Below are positions 40,235-51,304 of a stretch of DNA of 54,629 nucleotides, one piece after another. The notes below the pieces were generated by a model. The model was given only the letters and a program-made list of their open reading frames with translations, was not told the origin of the DNA and made no database searches. This DNA is from Sandaracinaceae bacterium. GTDB lineage: Bacteria; Myxococcota_A; Polyangia; Polyangiales; Sandaracinaceae. Every line of letters starts with the position of its first letter. Within the stretch, counting starts at the first letter, position 1. The DNA is taken from assembly GCA_044220955.1 (NCBI GenBank), contig JBGAQA010000042.1, positions 1-54,629 of the forward strand. Reading direction: 5' to 3'. The position numbers and the translations under genes were made by a program.

Positions 40235-42361
40235 TCACTCCATCCGCGCGTGACCGGTCAGCGCCGTCGAGAGGAACGTGCCGATGCGCGCGTGCGTCTC
40301 GGCGATCGGGTTGTCGTAGTGCACCGGCATGGGGAGGCGCACGTAGGGCGGCTCGATCGGGAGCGCGTAGCTCGCGTCGGCGCCCAGCACCTCCGGCAGG
40401 CCGTGGCTCGCCGGGTCGACGCGGACGACGAGCGCGGTCGGGCTGCCGCTCGCGAGGAGCAGGTTCGCGCTCGCGGGCAGCGTGATCGGCGCGACCGGCG
40501 CGCTCGCGAACGTGCCGACGCCCGGCAGGCCCGCGACCGAGAACACCGACTCGGACGCCGGCGGCGAGGCGATCTCGTCGTTGGACGCGGTGATCCAAAC
40601 CCCGTCGGGCCGGGGACCGGGAAAGAGCGGCTCCGCGTAGAAGTGCGGCGCGAGCGCGAGCGGGTCGATGGGCTCGAGGGCCCAGCGAAACAGATCGACG
40701 ATCGGCTCGCCGACGCACGCGTGCTCCGTCTCGTCGAAGCGGCCCTCGATCCGGAGCAGGCCCGCGAGCGTGACGGCGGTGAGGTTGCGGAACGCGACGC
40801 CCTCGCAGAGCGTCTCGACGATGGAGCCGGGCGGGACCAGGAGGACCGCGGCGCGCACGTCGGGCTCGGCGGCGACGACCGAGGCGCCGACGACGCTGCC
40901 CATCGAGATGCCGAGGTAGGCGACGTGATCTCGGTCGAGGGAGAGCCCGCCGAGGAGCGGGTCGTGCGTGAGCGGCGTGAGGTCACCGTCGCGCAGGTAG
41001 CGGACCGAGCTCATCACGTCGGCGGCGAACTGCATGAACGCGCCGAGCGGATAGGCCGGGTAGAGCTCCATGCCGGAGGGCGGACCCTCGATCCCGAACG
41101 TGCGCGCCGAGACGCTCGCCATGGACGACTCGGAGAGGCCGTCCTCGCCCGCCGAGCCGCGCACGTCGTGCAGCACGTCCGTCGCGCTCGCGGCGCGCCC
41201 GCCGTGCTGGTACGCGTCGATGCCGAAGGTCGCGTAGCCGGCGCGCGCGGCAGTGTTGCTCATCGTGAGCGCGGTGACCCGCGAGGCGTTGAAGCCGTGG
41301 TGGACGAAGAGGACGGGATGGCCCGTCACCGGCGGCGAGCCGAGCGGCAGCACCAGCACGAAGGGCACGTCCTCGACGGGCCCGGCCATCGGCATCCCCG
41401 AGGCGTCGGTGAGCAGCGTCCCGACCTCGGTCCCCGACCCCGTGAGCACGCGCGGCGCCGAGAGGTGGCCGAGCACGACCATCCCGACCGCGTCGTGCAC
41501 CATCGCGTGCGGGCCCGCGGCGCCGGGCAGCGATGCGACGTCCACCCCGGGGCGATCCTCGGCGGGGACGCCGAAGAGATCGTCGAGCGTGCCGTCGCCT
41601 GCGCGGTAGATGCGGTCGAGCGTCGCCGTCGGCAGCGGCGTCGCGTGCAGCGCCTCGCGCATCGCCGCCAGCTCCACGCCGGTCGAGCCCGTGGTGAACG
41701 CCGTCGCGCCCACGATCGAGGCGCGCGGGACGCCGGCCGCGACGAGCGCGTCGATCGCTGCGCCCGTGGTCGCGTGGGACGTGTCGTGAGCGTCGCGGAT
41801 GGCCGCGAACGCCTCGCTCGCGCGCAGCGGCGTGCCATCCATCGCGCGCAGCTGCGAGGTGATCGCCAGCGCCCAGCGGTGCGCGCCGCCGAGCGTGATC
41901 CCGCGCACCGGGCGGAACGAGAGGTGATCGTGGGCCGGGTCGTACCAGACGCGGAGCGGCACGAGGCGCGGCGAGGGCGCGTCGAGGTCGAGGAGCACGA
42001 TGGCGTCGGTCGGACGCGCCGTGGAGGTCGGGGTCGCGGAGGCCGGGACGCTCGCGGGGTCGAGCGCGCCGTCGACGTACGCGTGGAGCGAGCAGGTCGA
42101 GCAGAATCCGTCCCGCGCCGCGAGCAGTGCGCGCAGCGACGTGAAGAAGGGCGCCTCGCTCCGACTCGTCGGCAGCGCCCCGAGCGCGAGGGTGCCCGAC
42201 GCGTCGAGGTAGAGGTCGGACGGGAAGGGCACGTCGCCGAAGTCGAGCGGCTCGCCTGCGGCGGGAGGCGCGAATCGCAGGACCGCGCCGCCGCCGGCCG
42301 GTGGAGGCGGGGCCGCGCAGGCCGCGAGGACGATCCCGAGCAGAGTGGCGCGAGCCCGCAT
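40235..42361 (-). CDS. Lipoprotein alpha/beta hydrolase (extracellular lipase-like)
   Basis: Lipobox LAAC; PFPSDLY N-terminal motif; HHGF, ID..HGGR, GISMG nucleophile elbow. Confidence 0.8.
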   Translation of the reverse strand: MRARATLLGIVLAACAAPPPPAGGGAVLRFAPPAAGEPLDFGDVPFPSDLYLDASGTLALGALPTSRSEAPFFTSLRALLAARDGFCSTCSLHAYVDGALDPASVPASATPTSTARPTDAIVLLDLDAPSPRLVPLRVWYDPAHDHLSFRPVRGITLGGAHRWALAITSQLRAMDGTPLRASEAFAAIRDAHDTSHATTGAAIDALVAAGVPRASIVGATAFTTGSTGVELAAMREALHATPLPTATLDRIYRAGDGTLDDLFGVPAEDRPGVDVASLPGAAGPHAMVHDAVGMVVLGHLSAPRVLTGSGTEVGTLLTDASGMPMAGPVEDVPFVLVLPLGSPPVTGHPVLFVHHGFNASRVTALTMSNTAARAGYATFGIDAYQHGGRAASATDVLHDVRGSAGEDGLSESSMASVSARTFGIEGPPSGMELYPAYPLGAFMQFAADVMSSVRYLRDGDLTPLTHDPLLGGLSLDRDHVAYLGISMGSVVGASVVAAEPDVRAAVLLVPPGSIVETLCEGVAFRNLTAVTLAGLLRIEGRFDETEHACVGEPIVDLFRWALEPIDPLALAPHFYAEPLFPGPRPDGVWITASNDEIASPPASESVFSVAGLPGVGTFASAPVAPITLPASANLLLASGSPTALVVRVDPASHGLPEVLGADASYALPIEPPYVRLPMPVHYDNPIAETHARIGTFLSTALTGHARME

Positions 42362-42414
42362 CCGATCACGATACCGTGGCCGGCGACCCACGTCTGGAGT
42401 ACATCGCGTGCTCG

Positions 42415-43065
42415 ATGGCACCCCTGGGAACGGCGATCGGCACGAGGCGCCGCGGGATCGCGGTCGCGGACGTGATCGCTGCCGCGCTCGTGCTCTTGAT
42501 CGGCGGGCCCCTCGTGTTCACGTTCGCGAGCGCCTTCGCCGACGGCGAGACGCGCCGGCGCGAGGCGCCCCTGCGCGCGCTCTTCGGCTCCGCGACGTAC
42601 GAGCAGCTCGTGAACGGGGACGCGATCCCGCAGCACTACCTGGGCAACGACCGGCTCGCGCCCGACTTCACGCTGAACGACCAGGATGGCCACCCCTGGC
42701 GCCTGCGCGACCACCGCGGGCACGTCGTGGTGCTGAACTTCTGGACCGTCACCTGCGGTCCCTGTGTCGAGGAGATGCCCTCGCTCGTCGACCTCTCGCG
42801 CATCGCCGCCGAGCGCGGGGACTTCGAGCTCGTGACGGTGTCGGTCGATCACTCGTACGCCGAGGTCCGAACGGTCGTCCCCGAGGACGCGCACCTGACC
42901 GTGCTGCTCGACTCGGATCGCACGGTCACGCGCGATCTCTTCGGCACGCGGCTCTTTCCCGAGACGTGGATCGTCGATCCCCGTGGCGTCATCCGCGCGC
43001 GCGTCGACGGTGGCCGCGACTGGGCCAGCGGCATCACCCAGGACGCGATCCGGTCCTTCCTGTGA
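42415..43065 (+). CDS. TlpA/ResA-family membrane-anchored thioredoxin
   Basis: TM helix; APDFTL, VVLNFWTVTCGPCVEEMP, FPET cis-Pro. Confidence 0.9.
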   Translation: MAPLGTAIGTRRRGIAVADVIAAALVLLIGGPLVFTFASAFADGETRRREAPLRALFGSATYEQLVNGDAIPQHYLGNDRLAPDFTLNDQDGHPWRLRDHRGHVVVLNFWTVTCGPCVEEMPSLVDLSRIAAERGDFELVTVSVDHSYAEVRTVVPEDAHLTVLLDSDRTVTRDLFGTRLFPETWIVDPRGVIRARVDGGRDWASGITQDAIRSFL

Positions 43066-43089
43066 TCGTTGTAGGCTAGCGGCCCGGCC

Positions 43090-44847
43090 ATGAAGGTCTG
43101 TCCGACCTGCCAGCTCCGTTACTCGAACGACGACGAGCGCTGCTTCGTCGACTCGGCCGTGCTCGTGCCGATGCAAGACGCGCGCATCGGGACCGTGATC
43201 AACGGGCGCTTCCTGATCGAGGCGCAGCTCGGCGAGGGCGGGATGGCCGTCGTCTACCGGGCGCAGAACACGCTCGTGCACCGCGTCGTCGCCCTCAAGG
43301 TGATGAACCGCGAGATGGCGCGTGACCCGAAGATGAAGGAGCGCTTCCGCCGCGAGGCGAAGAACACCGCGGCGCTCGCGCACCCGAACATCGTCGAGAT
43401 CCAGGACTACGGCGAGGCCGAGGACGGCTCGCCCTACCTCGTGATGGAGCTGCTCGACGGGCAGCCGCTCGACAAGATCATCGCCAAGGGCCCGATGCCG
43501 GCGGCGCAGGTCGCGACGCTCGGCGCGCACATCGCCCGCGGGCTCGCGCGCGCGCACGACTTCCAGGTGGTGCACCGCGACCTCAAGCCCGAGAACGTCT
43601 TCGTCACGCGCGCGCCGAGCGGGCGCGGCGTCGCGAAGATCCTCGACTTCGGCATCGCGCGCTCGATGCACGACCAGCGCCTCACGAGCGCCGGGCAGAT
43701 CTTCGGCACGCCGCAGTACATGGCGCCCGAGCGCGTCACCTCGATCGACACGGGGCCGGCCGCGGACCTCTACGCGCTCGGGGTGATCCTCTTCGAGATG
43801 GTGACGGGACGGCTGCCCTTCGGCGGCACCGACGTGACGGCGTTCCTGGTCGCGCACCTGCGCGAGCCGCCGCCGCGGCCGAGCTCGATCGTGCCCACGG
43901 TGCCGCGGCGCCTCGAGGAGCTGATCCTGAAGCTCCTCGAGAAGCGGCCCGAGGACCGCCCGGTCGACGCGCACCAGGTCGACAAGGAGCTCACCGCGCT
44001 CGCACCGCCCGAGGAGGCGACCGCGGACCTCGAGGACACGCACCAGTCCGTCCTGCCGCGCCCGCCGGCCGCGACGCTGCCGCCCACCTCGCTCGACCAG
44101 TGGTCGCAGCGCGCCCTGCTCTTCGACGAGATGCTGCGGCGCGCGTACCCGACGGAAGCGGCGCCCGGCGCGATCACCGAGATCCTCGGCCACATCCACG
44201 GCAACCTGCAGCGCATCGAGGGGCTGCGCGCCTCGGCGCTGCGCGAGCAGCGGAAGCTCGAGTCCATGGAGCAGTTCGCGCGCGAAGGGCGCCAGCGCCT
44301 CGGCTACGCCATGAGCACGCTCGGCAACGATCTCTCCCAGGCGCGCACGGAGGTCCGGCAGGCGGAGATCGAGGTGCGCCCGTACTTCGAGCCGGTGACG
44401 GCGGCCGAGCGCACGTACCGCGACGTGTTCCGCAAGCTCGCCGCGCTCGGCGGCGTGAGCGAGGCGAGCACGCCATCGCCCGCCGTGGTCGCGGGCCTCC
44501 GCGACGTCGCCGACGCGATGGACCGCTGGCTGCTCGCGCAGGGCACGGCGGAGAAGGCGCGCGCGTGGGTCGAGAGCAAGACGCGCGAGGTCAAGGATCT
44601 CGAGTTCCAGACCGACGCGCTCCGGGCGCAGCTCGAGAAGCTCGAGACGAGCTACGAGGACGAGCGCAAGTCGATCGAGGACACGATCGCGAGCGCCGGC
44701 CGCGAGATCGAGACGCTCGGCCAGGAGCTCACGGCGCTCGGCACGCGCTTCGTCGAGCCCCTCCGCGGGCGCCGCGATCTCGCGGATCTCTTCGCGCGCC
44801 TCGAGTCCGGTGGCACGCCCGCCGTGGGGATCCCCCGCCCGCGCTGA
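43090..44847 (+). CDS. Ser/Thr protein kinase with N-terminal Cys motif and C-terminal coiled coil
   Basis: [41 protein letters not shown]. Confidence 0.93.
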   Translation: MKVCPTCQLRYSNDDERCFVDSAVLVPMQDARIGTVINGRFLIEAQLGEGGMAVVYRAQNTLVHRVVALKVMNREMARDPKMKERFRREAKNTAALAHPNIVEIQDYGEAEDGSPYLVMELLDGQPLDKIIAKGPMPAAQVATLGAHIARGLARAHDFQVVHRDLKPENVFVTRAPSGRGVAKILDFGIARSMHDQRLTSAGQIFGTPQYMAPERVTSIDTGPAADLYALGVILFEMVTGRLPFGGTDVTAFLVAHLREPPPRPSSIVPTVPRRLEELILKLLEKRPEDRPVDAHQVDKELTALAPPEEATADLEDTHQSVLPRPPAATLPPTSLDQWSQRALLFDEMLRRAYPTEAAPGAITEILGHIHGNLQRIEGLRASALREQRKLESMEQFAREGRQRLGYAMSTLGNDLSQARTEVRQAEIEVRPYFEPVTAAERTYRDVFRKLAALGGVSEASTPSPAVVAGLRDVADAMDRWLLAQGTAEKARAWVESKTREVKDLEFQTDALRAQLEKLETSYEDERKSIEDTIASAGREIETLGQELTALGTRFVEPLRGRRDLADLFARLESGGTPAVGIPRPR

Positions 44848-44929
44848 AGGGCCGTCGATCCATCGGGGCGAGGAATGCAAAGCGACGAACGGATCCTGAG
44901 CCCCGGAGCGCGGGGTGGCCCCGGAGCGC

Positions 44930-45091
44930 GGGGTCACTCCACGCCCGCCAACCGCGCGGAACGAAAGGCTTCCTGCGGGTAGGTGCGCGTTTTCCCCGGA
45001 TGGGCCGGAAACAAGGTCGTTCGCGAAGAACGCGCACCTACCCGCTGGAGCGAAATGTTTTCGCGCGGTTGCGAGGGTGTGGAGTGACCCC
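44930..45091. repeat. Copy 3 of the fold-back intergenic element (162 bp)
   Basis: GGGGTCACTCCAC...GTGGAGTGACCCC ends; ~65-nt arms pair extensively (GCGGGTAGGTGCGCGTT / AACGCGCACCTACCCGC). Confidence 0.88.
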
Positions 45092-45143
45092 ACTGGGGGG
45101 ACCCCCTGGACCCCACTGGGGGGACCCCACTGGGGGGACCCCC
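45087..45143. repeat. Short tandem repeat ACCCCACTGGGGGG x3 abutting the element end
   Basis: Units at ~45087, ~45110 and ~45124; the left flank also has CCCCGGAGCGCGGGGT x2 (44901, 44919). Confidence 0.8.
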
Positions 45144-45155
45144 GAGGGCCCCTCG

Positions 45156-45689
45156 TCAGGGGTGCGAGAGCTCGCGGGCGAGCGTGTCGAGGAACGTCGA
45201 CTCCGGGTAGTCCTGCCGGAAGTCCACGTAGCGTCGCTCGACCTCCTGCTCGCGGCCGAGCGCGTGCAGCGCGAGCAGCGTGTAGGCGTCGCGGTCCTCG
45301 GAGAGCGCACCGGTCGGGAAGCGCTCGCGGTGCTGGTCGAGCAGGGTCAGGCACGTGGCCGCGTCGTCCTCGGCGAGCGCGTCGCGCGCCTCGGAGAGGA
45401 TCCGCATCTCGGCGCCGAGGTCGTCGCCGCGCTCGTCCTCGCTCGCGCCTGCCGGGTGCGCCCGGGCGACGTGCGTCCCCGCCGGGAGCGTCGGCACCGC
45501 AGGCAGGTCCGGCACGAAGCCCGCGGGCAGCTCCTTGCTCGGCGCGTCGTGCTCTGCCAGCGGCATGCCGGGATCACCGAGGCGCATCGGGGGCGGCTCC
45601 GCCGTCTCGTCGCCGCCGAGGCTGCCCGCGATGAGGAACGCGAGCGTCGCGAGGGCAGCTCCGAAGACGACGATCGCGGTGCGCCTCAT
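45156..45689 (-). CDS. Membrane-anchored protein with C-terminal TPR-like helical domain
   Basis: N-terminal TM; LGAEMRILSEARDAL...HRERFPTGAL..ALHALGR..YPES. Confidence 0.7.
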   Translation of the reverse strand: MRRTAIVVFGAALATLAFLIAGSLGGDETAEPPPMRLGDPGMPLAEHDAPSKELPAGFVPDLPAVPTLPAGTHVARAHPAGASEDERGDDLGAEMRILSEARDALAEDDAATCLTLLDQHRERFPTGALSEDRDAYTLLALHALGREQEVERRYVDFRQDYPESTFLDTLARELSHP

Positions 45690-45704
45690 GCGGGCGCAGG
45701 GTTG

Positions 45705-46874
45705 TCACCGAACGCCACCGGCGTCGAGCGCCGCGACGCGGGGATCGGGCAGGCGGAACACGCGCATCGCGTTCCGATAGTAGAGCTGCTCGAGCACGTC
45801 GCGGGGTAGATCGATGCCGTCGATGGTCCAGTCGCCCTGGATGGGCGTCGGGTGCGCGAACCCGCGATCCGCCGTCTCGAAGTAGCGGAAGTGCGCATCG
45901 TAGAAGACCGGAACGCGCTCGGGCGGATCCGGCTCGCGTCCCGCGGAGCCGAGCACGAGCGTCCCGCGCTCGCCGATCTGGAAGTCCGTCCCGAACATGA
46001 TGCGATCGGCGTGACGCACGAAGAGCGCGCGCATGCGCACGGGGTCGTAGCGGCCGATCTCGGGGATGCGTGCGCCCGTCTCGACGACGAGGTTCGGGTA
46101 GGCGTCGAGCATCCGCCCGACGGTCTCCGGCTCCTCGGGCGCGTTGCCGAAGTGCGCTCCGACGAAGGTCGTCCCCGGGTGGCGCGCGACGCGCCGCTCG
46201 TACTGGTCGAAGATCTGCTGCCACGAGGGCCAGTCGCCGCCGCCCCGCGGGCGCGGGCCGTGGAACGCCCACGAGGGGTGCGCGGAGAGCTCTGCGTGTC
46301 GCTCGTTCTCGGGCCCGTCGGGGCGGAAGAACGCCTGCGGGTCGCCGCTGTGGATGAGCACGGGCAGGTGCAGCGTGCCCGCGAGGTCGAAAGCGCGATC
46401 GAGCCGCGGGTCGTCGATCGGCAGGAGCGAGCCGTCGGCGAGCGTGACGCCGAGCCCGAGGCTCTTGAAGATCTTGAGGCCGACGGCGCCTTCGTCCGCA
46501 CACGCGTGCAGCGTGTGCTCGACGTAGGCGTCCCAGCCATCGTCCTCGACGTTGCTCCAGTCGATCGAGCAGTACGGACGCAGCGCGCCGTTCGTGGCGC
46601 GCATCACCTCGACGTTGTCCTCGAGGCCGCCGCCGTCCGGATGCCCGCCCGACGCGTTGAGCGCGATGAAGACGCCGCCCTGCTCGCGGAACATCCGCGC
46701 GGCTCGCGCGGCCTGAGAAGGCGGCACGTGCACGTGGACGTCGATGCGCGGGATGAGCGCGAAGCGCGGGCGCGCAACGAGCCGCGCATCGGGCGCGCGC
46801 GGCCAGAGCAGCACCGCGAGGAGGAGCGAGCCGATCCCGATCGCCGCTGCGGCGATGCGCGCGCGGGTGGACAT
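45705..46874 (-). CDS. Amidohydrolase_2-family metallo-hydrolase with N-terminal TM/signal
   Basis: IDVHVH, GAVGLKI, PVLIH, GAHFG, RIMFGTD; start overlaps the mutM stop (TGATG). Confidence 0.85.
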   Translation of the reverse strand: MSTRARIAAAAIGIGSLLLAVLLWPRAPDARLVARPRFALIPRIDVHVHVPPSQAARAARMFREQGGVFIALNASGGHPDGGGLEDNVEVMRATNGALRPYCSIDWSNVEDDGWDAYVEHTLHACADEGAVGLKIFKSLGLGVTLADGSLLPIDDPRLDRAFDLAGTLHLPVLIHSGDPQAFFRPDGPENERHAELSAHPSWAFHGPRPRGGGDWPSWQQIFDQYERRVARHPGTTFVGAHFGNAPEEPETVGRMLDAYPNLVVETGARIPEIGRYDPVRMRALFVRHADRIMFGTDFQIGERGTLVLGSAGREPDPPERVPVFYDAHFRYFETADRGFAHPTPIQGDWTIDGIDLPRDVLEQLYYRNAMRVFRLPDPRVAALDAGGVR

Positions 46875-47698
46875 CACGCGGCCGGCTGGCAGTGCCGACA
46901 GAGGTAGGTCGAGCGGCCCGCGTGCACCTCTCGCGCGAGGGGCGCCGCACAGCGCGGGCAGGGCTCTCCCTCGCGGCCGTAGACCAGGAAGCGGTTCTCG
47001 CCGCCCGCGCTCATGTAGACGAGCGGCTCGCCCACGGCGTCGATCCGATCGAGCTCCGCGAGCGCGCGGTCGAGCGTCTCGCGGATGCCCGCGTAGAGGC
47101 GCTGCCACTCGCGCTGGGTCAGGGTGCGCGCGATGCGCAGCGGGTGGACGCGCGCGAGGAAGAGCGCCTCACCGGCGTGGATGTTGCCGAGCCCGGCCAC
47201 GCGCCCCTGGTCGAGCAGCGCTTTCTTGATCGCGACGCGGGCCCCCTCGAAGCGGCCAGCGAGCGCACGGGCGCTGGTGACGGCGCTCGCGTCGGGGCCC
47301 AGCCGGTCGTGCTTGGCGGCGCGGCGCGCATCGGCCAGGTCGCCCGCGTAGAGCCGGCCGAGCTTGCGCGGGTCGTCGAAGTGCAGCGCGCCCTCCTCGC
47401 CGAGGTCCAGCGTCACGCGCGCGAAGCGCGGCCTCGCCTCGGCAGGCCTGGCGAGCACGAGCGAGCCCGTCATCCCGAGGTGCAGCGCCAGCCCGGCACC
47501 CCCCGAGAGGTGCACCAAGAGGCTCTTGCCCCGCCGCTCGACGCTCTCGATCGAGCGCGCCCGGACGCGCTTGCCGAACGCGCTCTTCTGCTGTGCGCCC
47601 AGGACGACCGCGTCGTGCGTGAGCACCCGCTCGATGCGCGCGCCCGCGAGCCGCAGCAGCTTCCGTCTCGCGTGCTCGACCTCCGGAAGCTCGGGCAT
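46874..47698 (-). CDS. mutM: Formamidopyrimidine-DNA glycosylase (Fpg/Nei family)
   Basis: MPELPEVE, RRGK, HLGMTG, DPRKLG, LLDQ..AGLGNI, C-terminal CPRC..CRHCQ zinc finger. Confidence 0.93.
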   Translation of the reverse strand: MPELPEVEHARRKLLRLAGARIERVLTHDAVVLGAQQKSAFGKRVRARSIESVERRGKSLLVHLSGGAGLALHLGMTGSLVLARPAEARPRFARVTLDLGEEGALHFDDPRKLGRLYAGDLADARRAAKHDRLGPDASAVTSARALAGRFEGARVAIKKALLDQGRVAGLGNIHAGEALFLARVHPLRIARTLTQREWQRLYAGIRETLDRALAELDRIDAVGEPLVYMSAGGENRFLVYGREGEPCPRCAAPLAREVHAGRSTYLCRHCQPAA

Positions 47699-47755
47699 GG
47701 CCACGACGATGAGACGCGCATCTGGATCCGCAATCAAGACCCACGACGAGGGCGA

Positions 47756-49150
<1,395 letters not shown>

Positions 49151-49217
49151 CGCCGCGGGAGTCTCCCGCGTCTGCACACTTGCCGGCAACGTCCCTTCGC
49201 GTCAAACCGCTCGCGCC

Positions 49218-49847
49218 ATGACCGACTCCGCCACCGCGTTCTTCACCACGGTCCTGCCCGCCCACTTCGGCAAGGGCGTCGAGGGCCTGCGCGCCAGGAC
49301 CGGACCGGGGTCGAAGGAGGCGCTCGACGACGTGCTCGCGAGCAAGGGCGCCATCCGCCTCGTGATCGAAGGAGAGGGCGAGACCTGGCTCGTGGTCGAG
49401 GACGGAACGATGCGCGCCGACACGGCGCGGCCGGAGGGCCTCGTCGTGCGCATGGCCTTCGGCTTCACCGCAGCCGCCGCCAAGGGCGCGGTGGCGCTGC
49501 TCGAGGAGTCGGGTCGCATGAACGACCCCGAGGCGCCCGTCCGCTTCGCGCGGACGGCGTCGGCTCGCGCCGAGAAGCTCCTCGCCGGGCAGAAGCTCGA
49601 GTTCCACGTGATCATCAAGGATCTGCCCGACGAGGCCGCCGACGTGGTCATCAAGGTCGCCATCGGTGCCGATGCGCCGCCCGACAAGCCCCAGTTCACG
49701 GCGGCCATCAGCTACGACGACCTCGAGGACATGCGTGAGGGCGACATCACGCCGCAGCAGGTGCTCGGGCGGCTGCGCCTGACCGGTGACGCGTCGCGCG
49801 CGATGGCGCTCGGCATGATGCTGATGCAGCCGCCCGCGAAGAAGTGA
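49218..49847 (+). CDS. SCP2 (sterol/lipid-carrier) fold-like protein
   Basis: C-terminal [36 protein letters not shown] resembles SCP2; N-terminal half is similar. Confidence 0.55.
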   Translation: MTDSATAFFTTVLPAHFGKGVEGLRARTGPGSKEALDDVLASKGAIRLVIEGEGETWLVVEDGTMRADTARPEGLVVRMAFGFTAAAAKGAVALLEESGRMNDPEAPVRFARTASARAEKLLAGQKLEFHVIIKDLPDEAADVVIKVAIGADAPPDKPQFTAAISYDDLEDMREGDITPQQVLGRLRLTGDASRAMALGMMLMQPPAKK

Positions 49848-49853
49848 GCCGAC

Positions 49854-50861
49854 TTGCGTCGCGGTGAACTCGTCTTGGTCGCGCTCGCGCTCGCGACGAG
49901 CGTCGCGGCGTCGGCGCGCGCGCAGACGAGCGGCGAGTCGGGAGGCGAGGGCCAGAGCGCGAGCGAAGACCCGCCGCATCTCGTCGCCGGAATCGCGGAC
50001 GAGCGCCTCGCCGACGTCGACGACGGCATCGACGAGATCTTCGCGGCGTGGGCGAGCGAGCGCCTCTTCACGGGGCCCACCCCGTCCGGCAGCTCGCTGA
50101 CGCTGCACACCGAGCTGGGCGTGCGCTTCGGCATCACGCGCGACTCGCGCGCCCGCGTCGCGTGGGGCTTCGCCTTCTCCTCGTCGCACGTCGCCGGCGA
50201 GTTCCCCGACTCGCCCATGACGACGATGCACTACGACGCGCACGTCGATCGCGTCGAGGCGCAGAACCCGGAGCTCGTCTTCGAGTGGGCGCCCGTGATC
50301 GGCAGCACCCGCTTCGCGTTCGGCGCGGGCGTCGCGGTCCCGACGGCGGCGGGCGAGAACGTCGCGACGAGCACCGAGCAGGCGGCGGTCTACGACGCCT
50401 CGAGCATCACGCACGAGCTGATGCTCGCGACCGCCGGCGGTCTCGACCCCTGGCGCTACCGGCGCGAGCGCTTCGGCGTGTTCATCCCGCTCTCGTTCAC
50501 GTTTCCGCTCGAGCAGATGACCCTCGCGATCGAGGGCGCGGCGGCGATCTCGGCGCCCGTGACCGGCGCCGGCCGCGGTGTCCCTGTCACGGGCGACCTG
50601 CAGGCAGACCTCCAGCTCGCCGGCGACCTCATCCCCGAGGTGAGGCTCGGGGCGCGCTTCGGCATCGCGCTGCTCAACATCGGCTCGAGCATCGCGCCCG
50701 GCACCGTCGTGCAGCCGTCGGCCACCGGATACGTGCGTGTCCGGCTCGACCCGGGCTTCCTCGTCGCGACCGTGCTCGCCGACCTCGGCGGCTACTACGG
50801 TCTCGGCTCGGCCGGTGGCGTCTGGTCCATGACGCTCGGCGGCGGCGCGGCGATCCCCTGA
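49854..50861 (+). CDS. Secreted/outer-membrane hypothetical protein
   Basis: Signal peptide ending ARA; amphipathic beta-strands; start codon uncertain (TTG). Confidence 0.6.
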   Translation: MRRGELVLVALALATSVAASARAQTSGESGGEGQSASEDPPHLVAGIADERLADVDDGIDEIFAAWASERLFTGPTPSGSSLTLHTELGVRFGITRDSRARVAWGFAFSSSHVAGEFPDSPMTTMHYDAHVDRVEAQNPELVFEWAPVIGSTRFAFGAGVAVPTAAGENVATSTEQAAVYDASSITHELMLATAGGLDPWRYRRERFGVFIPLSFTFPLEQMTLAIEGAAAISAPVTGAGRGVPVTGDLQADLQLAGDLIPEVRLGARFGIALLNIGSSIAPGTVVQPSATGYVRVRLDPGFLVATVLADLGGYYGLGSAGGVWSMTLGGGAAIP

Positions 50862-50939
50862 TCGGCGCCCGACCCGCCGGTCGTGCGGCCGTGGTCGCTT
50901 TAGGCTTGATTCCCGGCCCCGATCGAACGAGAAGAGGTC

Positions 50940-51269
50940 ATGGGGACTCGGAACGAGGCGAGCGCGCGGGGACCCGCGACCGAGCTGGCCGTGCGGCACA
51001 TGCGGGCGCTGAAGCCGGAGCACCAGGCGCTGCTCGCCGTCCTGATGGCCGACGAGGGAATGGGCGGCGCCACGCTCGAGACGCTCGTCGAGCACCTCTT
51101 CGAGGAAGAGGACCCGCGGCTCGTCAGCGCGCTCTATCGCGCGCGGGCGGGCGGTGGTCTGGCCTCGATCTCGGCGAGCGTGCGCGTGGGGGCGACCGTG
51201 GGGAGCTTGCGGCGCGACGCGGTGCCGCCCGCGCGTTCCGCATCCGTCGGCTCGCTCCGCGGGCGCTGA
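50940..51269 (+). CDS. Encapsulin cargo protein with two targeting peptides
   Basis: GAGG RBS; C-terminal ATVGSLRR (51192-51215) and ASVGSLRGR (51240-51266), matching the myxobacterial LTVGSLRR cargo tag; directly upstream of the encapsulin. Confidence 0.8.
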   Translation: MGTRNEASARGPATELAVRHMRALKPEHQALLAVLMADEGMGGATLETLVEHLFEEEDPRLVSALYRARAGGGLASISASVRVGATVGSLRRDAVPPARSASVGSLRGR

Positions 51270-51304
51270 CGGACGTTTCGACTTCGCTGGTTGAGGAGAG
51301 AACG

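Noticed and set aside
45087..45143. Possible mini-CRISPR array
   Set aside because: Units are 14 nt, essentially contiguous, with no unique spacers and no cas genes
41326..45354. Very long ORFs in the track (also 16197-20066, 27612-31031 N-terminal part, 48207-51419, 50048-51304 extension)
   Set aside because: Arg/Ala/Pro-rich shadow frames of genuine genes, expected in high-GC DNA; no motifs
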